A stretch of 64,000 nucleotides of DNA. It comes from an uncultured archaeon. Lineage in GTDB: Archaea > Asgardarchaeota > Heimdallarchaeia > Heimdallarchaeales > Kariarchaeaceae. Location of the stretch: NCBI GenBank assembly GCA_964600735.1, contig CAZRLL010000001.1, positions 28,801 to 92,800 of the forward strand. Reading direction: 5' to 3'. Positions 43,040-53,978 of the stretch are shown here, in pieces; position 1 is the stretch's first letter; every line of letters starts with the position of its first letter. Below the pieces are notes generated by a model. That model made no database searches, was not told where the DNA came from, and worked only from the letters and a program-made list of their open reading frames with translations. A program made the position numbers and the translations under genes.

Positions 43040-44371
43040 TTACGAATGTTTCTTTTTGTTCCATGCTCCAGTCTCCTCTATAAATAGCTCTTTCCATTCG
43101 TGTAGTTTCTTTATACCAACTCCACAACAATCCCAAGCAACTTGTTCTCCCTGTTCTCCTAAACCACTTATCCACTTAGTATAAAGGTAACAAACCATGT
43201 AACGAAATTCTTTATTAGTTCTAACTAACTCAGAAAACAACGGAGTACCTGGGTAGGGAGTCATGTAGAATACTGATGTTGGAGTTATACCCATCTCCTC
43301 ACAAAAGTTAACAGACTCTGCTACTGTTCCGTCAGTTTCGCCTGGCGTACCAATTACGAATGTATAATCTTCGTAAACGAAATGTCTCTTGTTTATTTCT
43401 ATAGCTTTACGGTACTGATCAACACTAACCTTTTTGTTCATCCGGTCTAACATAACTTGACTTGCACTTTCAAGACCATAGCAAACCCCTAAACAACCAG
43501 CAGACGCCATAGTCTCTGCCAACTCATCAGTCATAACGTTCACCCTACCAGAACAAGACCACTTAATTCCCATCGGTTTAATAAGACTACAGAACTCCTC
43601 AACAAAAGCTTTGTTACAAACAAAAGCATCATCAACAAAGTGCACGTAGCCAACGTCGTACTCGTTTATCAAATAACTTATCTCAAAAAATATGTCAAGC
43701 GGATCTCTAACTCTATATTTATCTCCCATGTAGTTGTGATAACAAAAGATACAGTTATAAGGGCAACCTCTACTACCTATCATATTTATACTTTTAGGAG
43801 GATCAATTTTCTCATCACTTTCGCCTACCCTACCATCAATCCACTTGTTAGTATTATAGTACGCTATAGGGTTGTTAAGGTAAACCTCCATAGGAAACTT
43901 GTCATAGGCCGGTCTTGGAAGATGCTGAAGGTCTTCAATTAGACCTGGCACCCTTGGAAGTCTACCACTTTTAAGAGACCTTAAGTACTCGACCATCTGA
44001 ATTTCTCCTTCTCCTAAAATACAACGGTCAACGCAAGTAGTCTCTAAAAGAACTTCTGGGATAGACGTTGCAATAGTTCCCCCACAAACAATCTTGACGT
44101 CCGGATTATGATCTCTGGCAAACTTCGCTAACTCCTTAACGTCATTGTATTGAGTAATTATACCAGTAATACCTAGTACGTCGTACTTATAAGATCTTAT
44201 TATACCTTCATAAGTCAAATCCTCTTGGCGCATAGCATTAAAGTCCCAAACCTCAACATCGTATCCCCTTAGTCGGAGGTAACTGGCTATGTAGCCAAGA
44301 CCAGTAGGAAAACAGTTAGGCTGTGCCCATTCCCTTACCCTTGGATTTACCAATAGTATTTCCATTAACAA
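43040..44371 (-). CDS. B12-binding radical SAM enzyme (second copy)
   Basis: SRGCPYNCIFCYHNY CxxxCxxC motif and an N-terminal B12-binding-like domain. Confidence 0.65.
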   Translation of the reverse strand: MLMEILLVNPRVREWAQPNCFPTGLGYIASYLRLRGYDVEVWDFNAMRQEDLTYEGIIRSYKYDVLGITGIITQYNDVKELAKFARDHNPDVKIVCGGTIATSIPEVLLETTCVDRCILGEGEIQMVEYLRSLKSGRLPRVPGLIEDLQHLPRPAYDKFPMEVYLNNPIAYYNTNKWIDGRVGESDEKIDPPKSINMIGSRGCPYNCIFCYHNYMGDKYRVRDPLDIFFEISYLINEYDVGYVHFVDDAFVCNKAFVEEFCSLIKPMGIKWSCSGRVNVMTDELAETMASAGCLGVCYGLESASQVMLDRMNKKVSVDQYRKAIEINKRHFVYEDYTFVIGTPGETDGTVAESVNFCEEMGITPTSVFYMTPYPGTPLFSELVRTNKEFRYMVCYLYTKWISGLGEQGEQVAWDCCGVGIKKLHEWKELFIEETGAWNKKKHS

Positions 44372-44834
44372 AACCTCCCTTTAGAGTCTCTTGGCCAATC
44401 TTGAGATTCCTTACTTAACCGTTCTCTTTCTCTTTTAGACATCCACGTCTTCCTCCAAGGAAGTCGAAAACCATCACTAGAAACCGTAAACCCAATATCC
44501 TTTTCTAAAACTTCATAGGGCTTGTTTATGTAACCAGTAGCGACTAGCCATACCAATACACTCTTACTTGGTATAAAATAAGCCTGTTCTTGGTCTTCAT
44601 AACCACCGGGATGAACTGTACCTTCCATTCTATATCTTGCGCCTATTATTTGCCCACGTAAAGGCGTCCCTAATGGAAGTCTCATTACTATTTTTCTCTT
44701 AACTATTTTTCTCTTATTTACATTTACAGAGTTCGTCCCTAAATAATCTTTAGTAGTATGAGCCTTGAACTCTACCCACTGACCAATCCTAAACTTAGGC
44801 TTCTTTTTCTTCTTTTTCATATTCACTCTCCCTA

Positions 44835-45539
44835 TTACTTCTGAGCTAAAAGACTAGCAACAGAATAGTCGAACTGAGTGTTGATATCTATACTTCTTTC
44901 TTCTGGCATCACGTATGCTACCATTCCAGCAATGTACTGCTCTTTACGTTTACGTAACATCTCAACATCACAAACCCAAACAGCCCCGTTAGAAAGATAC
45001 ACCCTTTCGCTCACTGTTAAGACGCCCCAGGATCCTCCATCCCGTCTCCACATTACACCATCATTAGAAATAGTTGCGCATGTTGCAGGATTAAAGTTAA
45101 GTTCCTTAACACTCATAACAGGCCTTCTATCCTTTTTATAAAACAAATCGACCGCATTAATTAAATCTTCAGCACTACAGAAAGGGGACGTTGGTAAAGT
45201 CATAACAACAGTAGTAACCTTCATATTACACTTAAGTTGCAACCTATCTACAGAATCTAAACAAACTTCCCACGCTCTAGATGTACCCTCATTTAGTCCA
45301 TTGCTACGTTTCATAAAATAAACTTCTGCTGTACTATAAATACGAGCTTGCCGTAAAACACCATGACCATCGCTACTAACAACGACCATTCCAAGACCAC
45401 TTTCTAACGACCTGTCAACTGCTATTTCAACTAAAGTTTTATTTCCAAACTTCCCGCCAAGGCACAGTAAGTTCTTACTTGGAAGACGCTTTGATATTAC
45501 CTTTGCCGGAACTACAATTGCTACTGAACTATTTTTCAT
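44835..45539 (-). CDS. CMP-nonulosonic acid synthetase (acylneuraminate cytidylyltransferase family, NeuA/PseF-like)
   Basis: N-terminus SVAIVVPAKVISKRLPSKNLLCLGGK matches the cytidylyltransferase P-loop-like motif. Confidence 0.7.
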   Translation of the reverse strand: MKNSSVAIVVPAKVISKRLPSKNLLCLGGKFGNKTLVEIAVDRSLESGLGMVVVSSDGHGVLRQARIYSTAEVYFMKRSNGLNEGTSRAWEVCLDSVDRLQLKCNMKVTTVVMTLPTSPFCSAEDLINAVDLFYKKDRRPVMSVKELNFNPATCATISNDGVMWRRDGGSWGVLTVSERVYLSNGAVWVCDVEMLRKRKEQYIAGMVAYVMPEERSIDINTQFDYSVASLLAQK

Positions 45540-46518
45540 TTATACCCTCAATCAAATTCTTTAAAACAACAATATCCTCGATAAGAACGTCTAATGAAGA
45601 ATACTTAAAGTTATTTGGTACTTTATCCCAAATCTCGACAGAAAAATTAAAATCGAAAAAACTAGTATCAGGGACTACAATATACATTTCAGGTACTTCG
45701 TAAGTCCTACAAACCTCTTCTGGAGAAATTAAAACCTCATGTAACTTCTCGCCAGGTCGTATTCCAGTGTATCTTATTCTACATTCTTCACATACTGCAA
45801 TAGCAACGTTTTTGACAGTAGCTGATCTAAGTTTTGGAACTAATATTTCTCCACCCTCCATCGCACGAAGTGCCAACATTACAAAGTCGACTGCTTGATC
45901 AACTGTCCACCAAAACCTAGTCATACGCCTGTCGGTTACAAGTAACACTCCCATTTCTGCTTGTTCCCGAAAAGTATTCAAAACAGAACCCCGACTACCA
46001 AGTACATTTCCATACCTAACAACACTAAACTTCGTTACTTTCTTACCAAGAGTATTTGCATTAATAAACAGTTTTTCCGCTAGCAACTTCGTAGTACCAT
46101 ACAAGTTAATAGGGTTAACTGCTTTATCTGTGCTCAAAGCCACTACCTGCTTAACCCCAGTTTCTATAGCAGCCTCTATAATATTAGCGGCACCATCAAC
46201 ATTAGTCTTCTTTGCTTCTAATGGGTTGTACTCACACGCCGGCACTTGTTTCATGGCCGCAGCATGAACAACGTAGTCAACCCCAGACATAGCCATAGTA
46301 AGGCGACTCCTATCCCTCACATCGCCAATAAAGAATCTGAGTTGTTTGTTTGGTTTAGGTCTACCAAAACTCTCAAACAATTTATCTTGCTTATACTCAT
46401 CTCTTGAATATATAATTATTTTCCTCAACTTCGGATACAAATTATAAAAACGTCTAGCTAGTATCGATCCAAACGTCCCAGTTCCACCAGTAATCATCAC
46501 AACCTTATTTTCAAACAT
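45529..46518 (-). CDS. UDP-GlcNAc 4,6-dehydratase/5-epimerase (PseB/CapD family)
   Basis: MFENKVVMITGGTGTFGS Rossmann start and PseB-like length. Confidence 0.75.
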   Translation of the reverse strand: MFENKVVMITGGTGTFGSILARRFYNLYPKLRKIIIYSRDEYKQDKLFESFGRPKPNKQLRFFIGDVRDRSRLTMAMSGVDYVVHAAAMKQVPACEYNPLEAKKTNVDGAANIIEAAIETGVKQVVALSTDKAVNPINLYGTTKLLAEKLFINANTLGKKVTKFSVVRYGNVLGSRGSVLNTFREQAEMGVLLVTDRRMTRFWWTVDQAVDFVMLALRAMEGGEILVPKLRSATVKNVAIAVCEECRIRYTGIRPGEKLHEVLISPEEVCRTYEVPEMYIVVPDTSFFDFNFSVEIWDKVPNNFKYSSLDVLIEDIVVLKNLIEGINEK

Positions 46519-46968
46519 AGTCCCCCCAACGCTGCTCTATAACGTAGTCCACTTGATCTGCAATTGTATTAAAGACGTCCCAGAGTCCAACAAACGAAAC
46601 TCTTTCCTTTATGTCAGAAGAATATATATACTTTTTATCTTGTCTTGGAACAACACAAATGACACGCTTACCAAGCATAGTAGCCTCCATAAATGGAGTT
46701 GAAACTGAATCAACAACTACTAAGTCTGCCTTTTTTAATTCTCGACTAAGTTTCTTTGTACTGTAACGCATATTAACGTCACGGAATCTATCCACTGGGT
46801 CCTCGAGGTTGCTAGACCTAGGTCCGGCCTTCCATATAACTTTACATTGAAGACCAGAAAAGTAGTTCCATAGATTCTTATGTAACCAGTAGTACCAGCA
46901 ACTCGGAGTTGTAGGAGGCCACAACCCACGACCAGCCCTGTAGATACAGGGTATATAAATGATAGTTT

Positions 46969-48207
46969 TCATAAGACTAAAAGATCATGAACCTGATGGA
47001 GTCTAGGTACCTCGAAAAACTTACTTGCCTTTGTTTCTTCGTCAAATAAAAAGAAACCAGCATTCATACCAACGTTGTTGCGCTTTCCTTTAAACTGGTC
47101 AAAGTACCTATTCTCGCTCTGCCCAACATAATAGTAAACGCCATCGTAACCAAGCCCCCTAGTAAAACCATTGAACTCACCAACTAACGCACTACCTTTA
47201 TAAAACCTACCATTCATTGAATCGAGATAGCAAAGTTCCTCTCCAAAAAATCTAACAGTATGAGGCATCCATAAATCTCTAGCAACAACTTGACGCTCAT
47301 CTGGGCGGTCAAGATTAATCTGCATAATACCACCATCATAGACTCCCTCTTGTTGGCACCCAGAAATAGAAAACAAAGACAAGTACAAATATCTATCTTT
47401 GATAGCAAGGTCGTTTATCCAATGATGATTCTTCCCATCAACACTTGCCTTCCAACTTAGTATCTCTGCAGAATCGATTGGCTTTCCGGTATCAGCATCG
47501 TAAGCAGCAATTTCATCCTTAGCAGTACAAGCCATATAGAATATGTTATTAACTTTGTCGTAAGCAAGTCCATGTGGACGATCGCCTTTATCACACTCTA
47601 TAAATTTCCAAAACCCAATAACACTACCTTTCTCAAATATACGTATACCATTCATTTCTTCAAGTACTGCTATATTTCCATTTTCCATATCAACTATTTG
47701 CCTGAATGTGCCGGCTACGAGTTTTTCACATCCTACAGCCTTACTAGTAACAGAAAACTCGTATAACCCACCACCAAGATTACTAGTATCTTTAAAGTAA
47801 ATAAGATGATCTGGGCTACTAACAAGTAAACGAAAGTCTTTAGAGTTTATATCATTAACAACTTTCACACTATTCAATGCTGGAGTTATACAAAAGTCTT
47901 TTCCAGGTGTAAAACCTGTATGGATGAGCTCCCTATAAATACTTTCAAAAGACAAAGACGTTATGACAATATACTCATCATCACGTTTATGTAATAAGTT
48001 TTTTGTCGCCAAGATCTTAACCCCATACACGCTATCGGTACCTTGGAAGTTCTGGCTATTATCAACGATAGACGAAATAGTTAGGTTACTCTTTCTTAAC
48101 GTTTTTCCAATCCAGTCTAAGGAATAACCAAAGAAAATAATTCTCTTCTTGTCTATAGTTCGATTAAACTCACCCCACGTCTTCCATGCTCTCTCATCAA
48201 TTTTCAT
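46969..48207 (-). CDS. Hypothetical protein (possible beta-propeller)
   Basis: 412-aa ORF inside the sugar cluster. Confidence 0.3.
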   Translation of the reverse strand: MKIDERAWKTWGEFNRTIDKKRIIFFGYSLDWIGKTLRKSNLTISSIVDNSQNFQGTDSVYGVKILATKNLLHKRDDEYIVITSLSFESIYRELIHTGFTPGKDFCITPALNSVKVVNDINSKDFRLLVSSPDHLIYFKDTSNLGGGLYEFSVTSKAVGCEKLVAGTFRQIVDMENGNIAVLEEMNGIRIFEKGSVIGFWKFIECDKGDRPHGLAYDKVNNIFYMACTAKDEIAAYDADTGKPIDSAEILSWKASVDGKNHHWINDLAIKDRYLYLSLFSISGCQQEGVYDGGIMQINLDRPDERQVVARDLWMPHTVRFFGEELCYLDSMNGRFYKGSALVGEFNGFTRGLGYDGVYYYVGQSENRYFDQFKGKRNNVGMNAGFFLFDEETKASKFFEVPRLHQVHDLLVL

Positions 48208-48485
48208 TTAACGTACTCCCTTTTAAATAACTTGGCTATAGTATTCAGACCACATTTCATCCCAATGTTCCTGATTTATTTCCGCACACTTATCGCACAG
48301 AAAAACCCAGTTAAGGTCATCCTCATGATAAGCCGTACGCTGCCTCCTCCTCTCTCCAAGCTTAAAACACGGCCCTTTAAAACCATCACACAATGGAAAA
48401 ACCTTTTGGAGAAGACGATGTAACTTTCCCTTAACCCAGCAAACCTTAAAGTACCAGGTTCTCCTCCACGTAGAGGCCTTCTTAA

Positions 48486-49247
48486 TCACCCTATCCCCCC
48501 ACTATACTTTCTAACATTTAACCCACTCATCTCCATATACTTTCTAGCACTTATAGGACTATGTTCAGTATACAAGAAAAGACTACCAGCAGCGACAGCA
48601 GACGCACCAGCATTTACCGCGTCAACTAAATCTTGCGGCTTCCCCGCACCACCAGCAATTATGACTGGAATGTTCACTTTCGCTACAACCGCTTCTAACA
48701 GCTTAAGATCGTACCCATCTTCCGTACCATCTCTACTAACAGAATTAAGAAGAATTTCTCCAGCGCCTAAACACTCGCAAGCAGAAGCCCAAGAGACTGC
48801 ATCGAGATGAGTCCAAACTGTACCAGAACAAGTATGTACCATCCAACCTTCATATACATCTATTGATACAACTATACATTGACTTCCAAAAACCTTAGAT
48901 ATTTCAGATATCAGCATCGGGTTTTCAACAACCGCAGTATTAATTACGACTTTATCTGCTCCAGCCGAAAGTAGTTGCTTAACATGACTAGCTGTACTTA
49001 TTCCACCGCCTACAGCTACTGGGCAAAAGCATTCACCTACTATATCAGAAACTGCCTGATAGTTTGGCTCCCTACCATCTTCAGTTGCTCTTATGTCAAG
49101 GTACATTATTTCATCAACCCTTTGAGCATCGTAAGTTTTTGCGGCAGCTACTGGACTACCATAGTTACGAATATCTGAAAACTGTATAGTCTTCACCATC
49201 TTCCAATCGTTAAACAATACTAAAGGAATAAGTCTAACCTTCAACAA
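48486..49247 (-). CDS. HisF-like cyclase subunit (WbuZ/PseA-partner type), copy 1
   Basis: (beta/alpha)8 HisF-like motifs: VVINT.., GAGEILLNS, IIAGGAGKPQD. Confidence 0.7.
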   Translation of the reverse strand: MLKVRLIPLVLFNDWKMVKTIQFSDIRNYGSPVAAAKTYDAQRVDEIMYLDIRATEDGREPNYQAVSDIVGECFCPVAVGGGISTASHVKQLLSAGADKVVINTAVVENPMLISEISKVFGSQCIVVSIDVYEGWMVHTCSGTVWTHLDAVSWASACECLGAGEILLNSVSRDGTEDGYDLKLLEAVVAKVNIPVIIAGGAGKPQDLVDAVNAGASAVAAGSLFLYTEHSPISARKYMEMSGLNVRKYSGGIG

Positions 49248-50362
49248 AGCACTGCCTCTTTTCTCTTTACCAGGTGGCCCTTACTGTCTTTCTCGAATAT
49301 ACTTTTGTTAGCAAACAACTCGCAGACTTCGTCGAACTCATCTTCACTCATCCAAATAAAGTCCAAAAATTCTTTAAAGTACTCTTTCGGGAACTTTCCC
49401 TCGTTATTATTTACTAGTACGACAGCTCTTTCCCTCGTTAACCTTCTATTTCTTATATCTATACAAGCATGACTAGTAGCACGACCAAAACCATACTTCA
49501 GATACATTAACCAATCATGAAAACCATACCACTTCCCATCTAGATTCTCAAAGTCTGTGTAAGTACCAACAGTAGGAGAAGGACTGGTATTAAAATTTGT
49601 CTTCTCTTTTATGAATTGGATTTGTTCCCTTGCATCCCACTTCATAAAATAACCAAGGTAGATTCCAGTAACTCCAACTTTCTTTATGTCTTTGTCGGAT
49701 GGATAAATATAAGGTTTAAGATCTGAGAGAGTTATCCCCTCAACTGTAGTCATAGCATCCACTCTATTTCCTAACAAACAAAACTCCTCTACCCACCTCC
49801 TGTCAAGTACACTTTCATCTCTATGCCACGCAGGACCACCATATTCTTGTTGCCCATTCTCTCCCCATACTATCAACGGAATATTAAACTTAACTGCTAC
49901 TTGAACTGGAACGGTAAAGATCCCAACGTGACACGGCCAGCAAGAATCTCCAACTCTCTTTAAACCTTCCCTTGCTAACTTCCTGTATATGATAGGGTCT
50001 GGAGTAAACAATATATGGTCAACACCTATCTCTCTTAATGAATCGAGATTACTTTGACCTAAAGGCGTCATAGCACATTGAGCAAAAGTAACAGCTAGCG
50101 GGCTCATATTAAACTCGTGCTTCAAAATCCATGTTTGATAGTGGCTATCTTTTCCACCACTAACTGGCACGATACAATCATACTCAGTCGAACTCTTTAA
50201 ACGGTACCTCCTCAACAAGGATTCAAGCTCTGAGTACCTAGTAAACCAGTCTATGTCTTTACTTTTACCCTCAGCAGAAACGCAAGCATCACATACTCCA
50301 TCTTCATTAAAGACTATATGAGGTCTAGTGTCTGGCATAACGCACTTCTTACAGTATTTCAT
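49241..50362 (-). CDS. N-acetyl sugar amidotransferase (PP-loop ATPase, WbuX/PseA-like), copy 1
   Basis: N-terminal Cys cluster MKYCKKCVMPDTRPHIVFNEDGVCDAC and PP-loop VSGGKDS. Confidence 0.7.
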   Translation of the reverse strand: MKYCKKCVMPDTRPHIVFNEDGVCDACVSAEGKSKDIDWFTRYSELESLLRRYRLKSSTEYDCIVPVSGGKDSHYQTWILKHEFNMSPLAVTFAQCAMTPLGQSNLDSLREIGVDHILFTPDPIIYRKLAREGLKRVGDSCWPCHVGIFTVPVQVAVKFNIPLIVWGENGQQEYGGPAWHRDESVLDRRWVEEFCLLGNRVDAMTTVEGITLSDLKPYIYPSDKDIKKVGVTGIYLGYFMKWDAREQIQFIKEKTNFNTSPSPTVGTYTDFENLDGKWYGFHDWLMYLKYGFGRATSHACIDIRNRRLTRERAVVLVNNNEGKFPKEYFKEFLDFIWMSEDEFDEVCELFANKSIFEKDSKGHLVKRKEAVLC

Positions 50363-50372
50363 TTTCCAATCC

Positions 50373-51635
50373 TTATAAAGTAATAGGAGAATATTCTATA
50401 TGTTTAGACTTATCCCTACAAAAAAACCGCTTATTATTACTACCAAATGTCCTGTCTTCTGGACGAACTAGAAGCAGACGAGCATCATCGACTTCTCTAT
50501 CATCTAGTACAATAGAATCCTTTACCACCCACATCTCAGTAGACTTATGTTTTTCCCATATATTCAAATCTCTCATAGGCTCAACCCAGTCTAGAAAAGT
50601 CTGTTCCGTAATTCCCATAAAATCCAAATACGATTGCAAAGTAGAAGGTCTCACAGAGTCGTACTCGCTAACTAATTGTGTACCTTCTTCTCTTGTCATA
50701 CGCCCATGCCTTATTTCTGTAGTAGCATCGTCAGTCGCTCTTCCATATCCAAACTTCAAATACTTCAGGTAGTCATGAACGTCATTAGCGTGGTCATCAC
50801 TCTTGGCATGCAAAACGAAAGACCTTTCATTTGGAACTTCTCGTAAACCAAAGTCATAGCGGTGGACCATTTCCTTTGCTTGTTCCAAAGCGTCCCAGTA
50901 CATAAAGTTGCTCAAGTAAATTCCTCTCATCCCAGTCTCGGATATTTGTTCTTCTGTCGGAAAAACGTAGGGAGCTACGTCTAAACTAGTTATTCCACTC
51001 TCCTCATTAATTAAGTCTTCTGGTTCGTATCCCCTCATATCATGTTCTTGCCTTGTCCACTTAGTAAACTCTACCATGTCTTCAAGGGAAACCAACCCAA
51101 CAATTTCAGCGAAGCCGTGTTCCCCCCATATTACAAGTGGAATGTTCCACTTGACTGACACTTGAAAAGGAAAAGTTCTAATACCAGCATGATAATGCCA
51201 GGTAATGTCACCTACTGTCTTCACCATATACCTAGATATCTTTCTAACAGATTCTGTATTAGCAGTAAATCTAATCAAATCAACTCCAAACTTCTCCACT
51301 ATATTATTAAGGTTCCTTAAACCTAGCTTTGTATTAAAAGTATGGTTGTATGTAACTAGCAAGGGATTCATCCCGTAGACTACTTTCATCAAGTAAACTT
51401 GATAATGGCTGTCCTTTCCACCGCTGACTGGAATAATACAATCGTAAGGGTTACCAGCTTCTTTTGCTTTCTGTTTATATTCAGCAAGGATTTCACGTAG
51501 TAGTTTTTCCCTCTCAGACCAGTCTATGGTCTGCCTTGACTCGTGGTAACGACAACCACTACATACTCCCTGCTCATCAAAGATGATAGTAGGTTTTGCA
51601 TTTTCTGGATATAAACACCTCTTACAATAGTTCAT
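50373..51635 (-). CDS. N-acetyl sugar amidotransferase (PP-loop ATPase), copy 2
   Basis: MNYCKRCLYPENAKPTIIFDEQGVCSGC and VSGGKDSHYQ. Diverged paralog of 49241..50362. Confidence 0.7.
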   Translation of the reverse strand: MNYCKRCLYPENAKPTIIFDEQGVCSGCRYHESRQTIDWSEREKLLREILAEYKQKAKEAGNPYDCIIPVSGGKDSHYQVYLMKVVYGMNPLLVTYNHTFNTKLGLRNLNNIVEKFGVDLIRFTANTESVRKISRYMVKTVGDITWHYHAGIRTFPFQVSVKWNIPLVIWGEHGFAEIVGLVSLEDMVEFTKWTRQEHDMRGYEPEDLINEESGITSLDVAPYVFPTEEQISETGMRGIYLSNFMYWDALEQAKEMVHRYDFGLREVPNERSFVLHAKSDDHANDVHDYLKYLKFGYGRATDDATTEIRHGRMTREEGTQLVSEYDSVRPSTLQSYLDFMGITEQTFLDWVEPMRDLNIWEKHKSTEMWVVKDSIVLDDREVDDARLLLVRPEDRTFGSNNKRFFCRDKSKHIEYSPITL

Positions 51636-51811
51636 TAGCTCTCCTTCACACTACGCTTTATATTGTCCTTAATAATAACCTTTAAGTCAGACTTTAATCT
51701 GTCTTGATGACATTTTGAGCAAATCTCTTTTCTTTTTGACCACGGTTTATTTCTATCTGGTAAAGTAGCTTTTTCCTTGTAACAGATTTTACAGACCATC
51801 ACTTCCCTTAC

Positions 51812-52576
51812 CTAACGGACGTCTATACCATGCTCTCTCATATACTTTTTGGCCTTCTTTGTACTTTGCTCTTTATAATGGAATATATTAGCAGCAGCAA
51901 CAGCGTCAGCACCACCTTTTACTATTCCATCGACAAGATGTTTCCATTCCAATACACCACCCATTGCTATTACTGGAATAGTTACTGCCTTGGAAACTCT
52001 TTCCAACAAACCTAAGTTGTAACCTTTACGGTTCCCGTCATTATCAATGCAATTCAAAAATATTTCTCCCGCTCCAAGCTTTTGACATTCCATAGCCCAG
52101 TCAACTGGATGCCAAATTCTAAGTTCTCTACCCCTATCTGTACAAACAAGATAGCCGTCACTCTTCCAATGCGGGTACCGTTTAACGTCTATTGAAACAA
52201 CTACACATTGGCTACCAAAAGCCTTAGCACACTCTTTAATAAATTCTGGCCGCCGAAATGCTTCACTGTTAATAACTATCTTATCTGCTCCTAGATCGAA
52301 CCTACTCTTTGCTTCTTCGATATTTGTTATCCACCCACCAACGGTTAAAGGTACAAAACACTTAGTAGATAAGTCCTCAATTACGAAGTAAAAACCATAT
52401 TCATCTCGATTTCTACTAACATCGAGCAAGATTATTTCATCAACCGCCCACTCATTAAAGAAAGTAACAGCAGTAGCAACATTCCAATGGATAACGTTAG
52501 TGTGCTTAAACTTTACACTTTGAACTACTTGCCTATCCCGAACAAGTACCACTGCTATTAATCGCTTCTTTAACAA
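51812..52576 (-). CDS. HisF-like cyclase subunit, copy 2
   Basis: Paralog of 48486..49247 (GAGEIFLNCIDNDG, VIAMGGV). Confidence 0.7.
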   Translation of the reverse strand: MLKKRLIAVVLVRDRQVVQSVKFKHTNVIHWNVATAVTFFNEWAVDEIILLDVSRNRDEYGFYFVIEDLSTKCFVPLTVGGWITNIEEAKSRFDLGADKIVINSEAFRRPEFIKECAKAFGSQCVVVSIDVKRYPHWKSDGYLVCTDRGRELRIWHPVDWAMECQKLGAGEIFLNCIDNDGNRKGYNLGLLERVSKAVTIPVIAMGGVLEWKHLVDGIVKGGADAVAAANIFHYKEQSTKKAKKYMREHGIDVR

Positions 52577-53174
52577 AATTTTCTAAGACCTTTAACCCTA
52601 TAGATTGGCTCTTTTCTGGATGAAATTGAACTCCGAAAATGTTGTCTTTCTGGACGCTACTACTAAATGTAATTCCGTGAGTACAACATGACGAAACATA
52701 ATCACGATTCGTTACCTCAAAGTAATAACTATGAGCAAAGTAGAAAACTGGATCTTCAACAAATCCATCAAACAAAACATTACCTTTTTCAAAATCAACA
52801 TCATTCCAACCAATATGTGGTACCCTCAAGCCAGTACTACCAGTCTCTATTAACTTAACCGTTCCACCTATCCAGCCAAGGCCTTCGTGTTCTCCCATTT
52901 CCAAACTGCAGTCGGCTAACAACTGCATACCAAGACATATTCCAAGGAACGGTTTTTTCTTGCCTATAACTTGCTCATTCAAACACTCAATAAGACCTGC
53001 TTCTTTTAAGGACTTCATTCCTTCACCAAACGCTCCAACACCAGGGATAACTATAGCGTCTGCCTCTTCAAGTACCTGGTAAGAGTTACTTACTACAGGG
53101 TCCTGCCCTATCTTTTTAAAAGCATTAAAAACTGATTTAATATTGCCGGCTTTATAGTCAACTATTACTATCAT
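52533..53174 (-). CDS. HisH-like glutamine amidotransferase (class I)
   Basis: MIVIVDYKAGNIKSV...PGVGAFG...GICLGMQLL (catalytic Cys) ...HPEKS. Confidence 0.75.
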   Translation of the reverse strand: MIVIVDYKAGNIKSVFNAFKKIGQDPVVSNSYQVLEEADAIVIPGVGAFGEGMKSLKEAGLIECLNEQVIGKKKPFLGICLGMQLLADCSLEMGEHEGLGWIGGTVKLIETGSTGLRVPHIGWNDVDFEKGNVLFDGFVEDPVFYFAHSYYFEVTNRDYVSSCCTHGITFSSSVQKDNIFGVQFHPEKSQSIGLKVLENFVKEAINSSGTCSG

Positions 53175-53423
53175 TTTACTAGGACACATTGTCCATCTCC
53201 TCTCTAACTTCCGGATCTAACTCTAAAGTACCATAGTTTAATAAGGTTAACTCGTCCATCATAAAAGTTACATCTAGGGTACTCTTTGGTTTAAACACTT
53301 TCACAATAACAGGTAGTCTATTACTATAGTCGACCGCTAACCAACCCCTAGACGATCGCATCAAATTCACTGGGTATTCAGGACCCCAAGATGTACCAGG
53401 CTTACCCTTCATCTAACCATCCT

Positions 53424-53978
53424 TTATAGTTCTGAAATGTCTAACGACTCAATTACTCCAGTAAACCTCCCCAAACCATATTGTGGAAAAGCTTCAAGAT
53501 GGGGCTCTCCCATACTCCCAATTACTAAGTTCCCATTACCTTTTACACTCCCAAGATTCAATTCCCTACTATTAAACTCAACTACTCCAGTATAATCGAC
53601 GGAAAGAGATAAGACCTTTCCATCATACTTCATACAAGCCTCGTAAGAAACTCTAGGATTTACAAATGGCACAGTTACCCCAACCCCATTAGTAAATTCA
53701 TCTTGTACTTGACTACCATCTCCTACATCAACAAAGAAATAACAACCAACAGTCATATCTGTAGGGTGGTGTTTAAACCATTCAGGAGTAATATAACCAA
53801 AACAGTAGTTGCGATGCCACTGCCCATTACGTTTATCAAAAATAAAACACCCATTGTCTAGCTTACCCAACTGAAACTTTACTACAATTGACCACTTATC
53901 TAAATCTAGAGAATCTGAATTTGGTATTATTACAAAATTTTCCCCAGTAAATTCCGTACGACCAATAATCCTTGCCAT
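53424..53978 (-). CDS. LamG/ConA-like domain protein, paralog of 53979..54857
   Basis: Shares DKRNGQW.RNYC...F.VD.GDGS..DD.F.NGV with its neighbour. Confidence 0.35.
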   Translation of the reverse strand: MARIIGRTEFTGENFVIIPNSDSLDLDKWSIVVKFQLGKLDNGCFIFDKRNGQWHRNYCFGYITPEWFKHHPTDMTVGCYFFVDVGDGSQVQDEFTNGVGVTVPFVNPRVSYEACMKYDGKVLSLSVDYTGVVEFNSRELNLGSVKGNGNLVIGSMGEPHLEAFPQYGLGRFTGVIESLDISEL

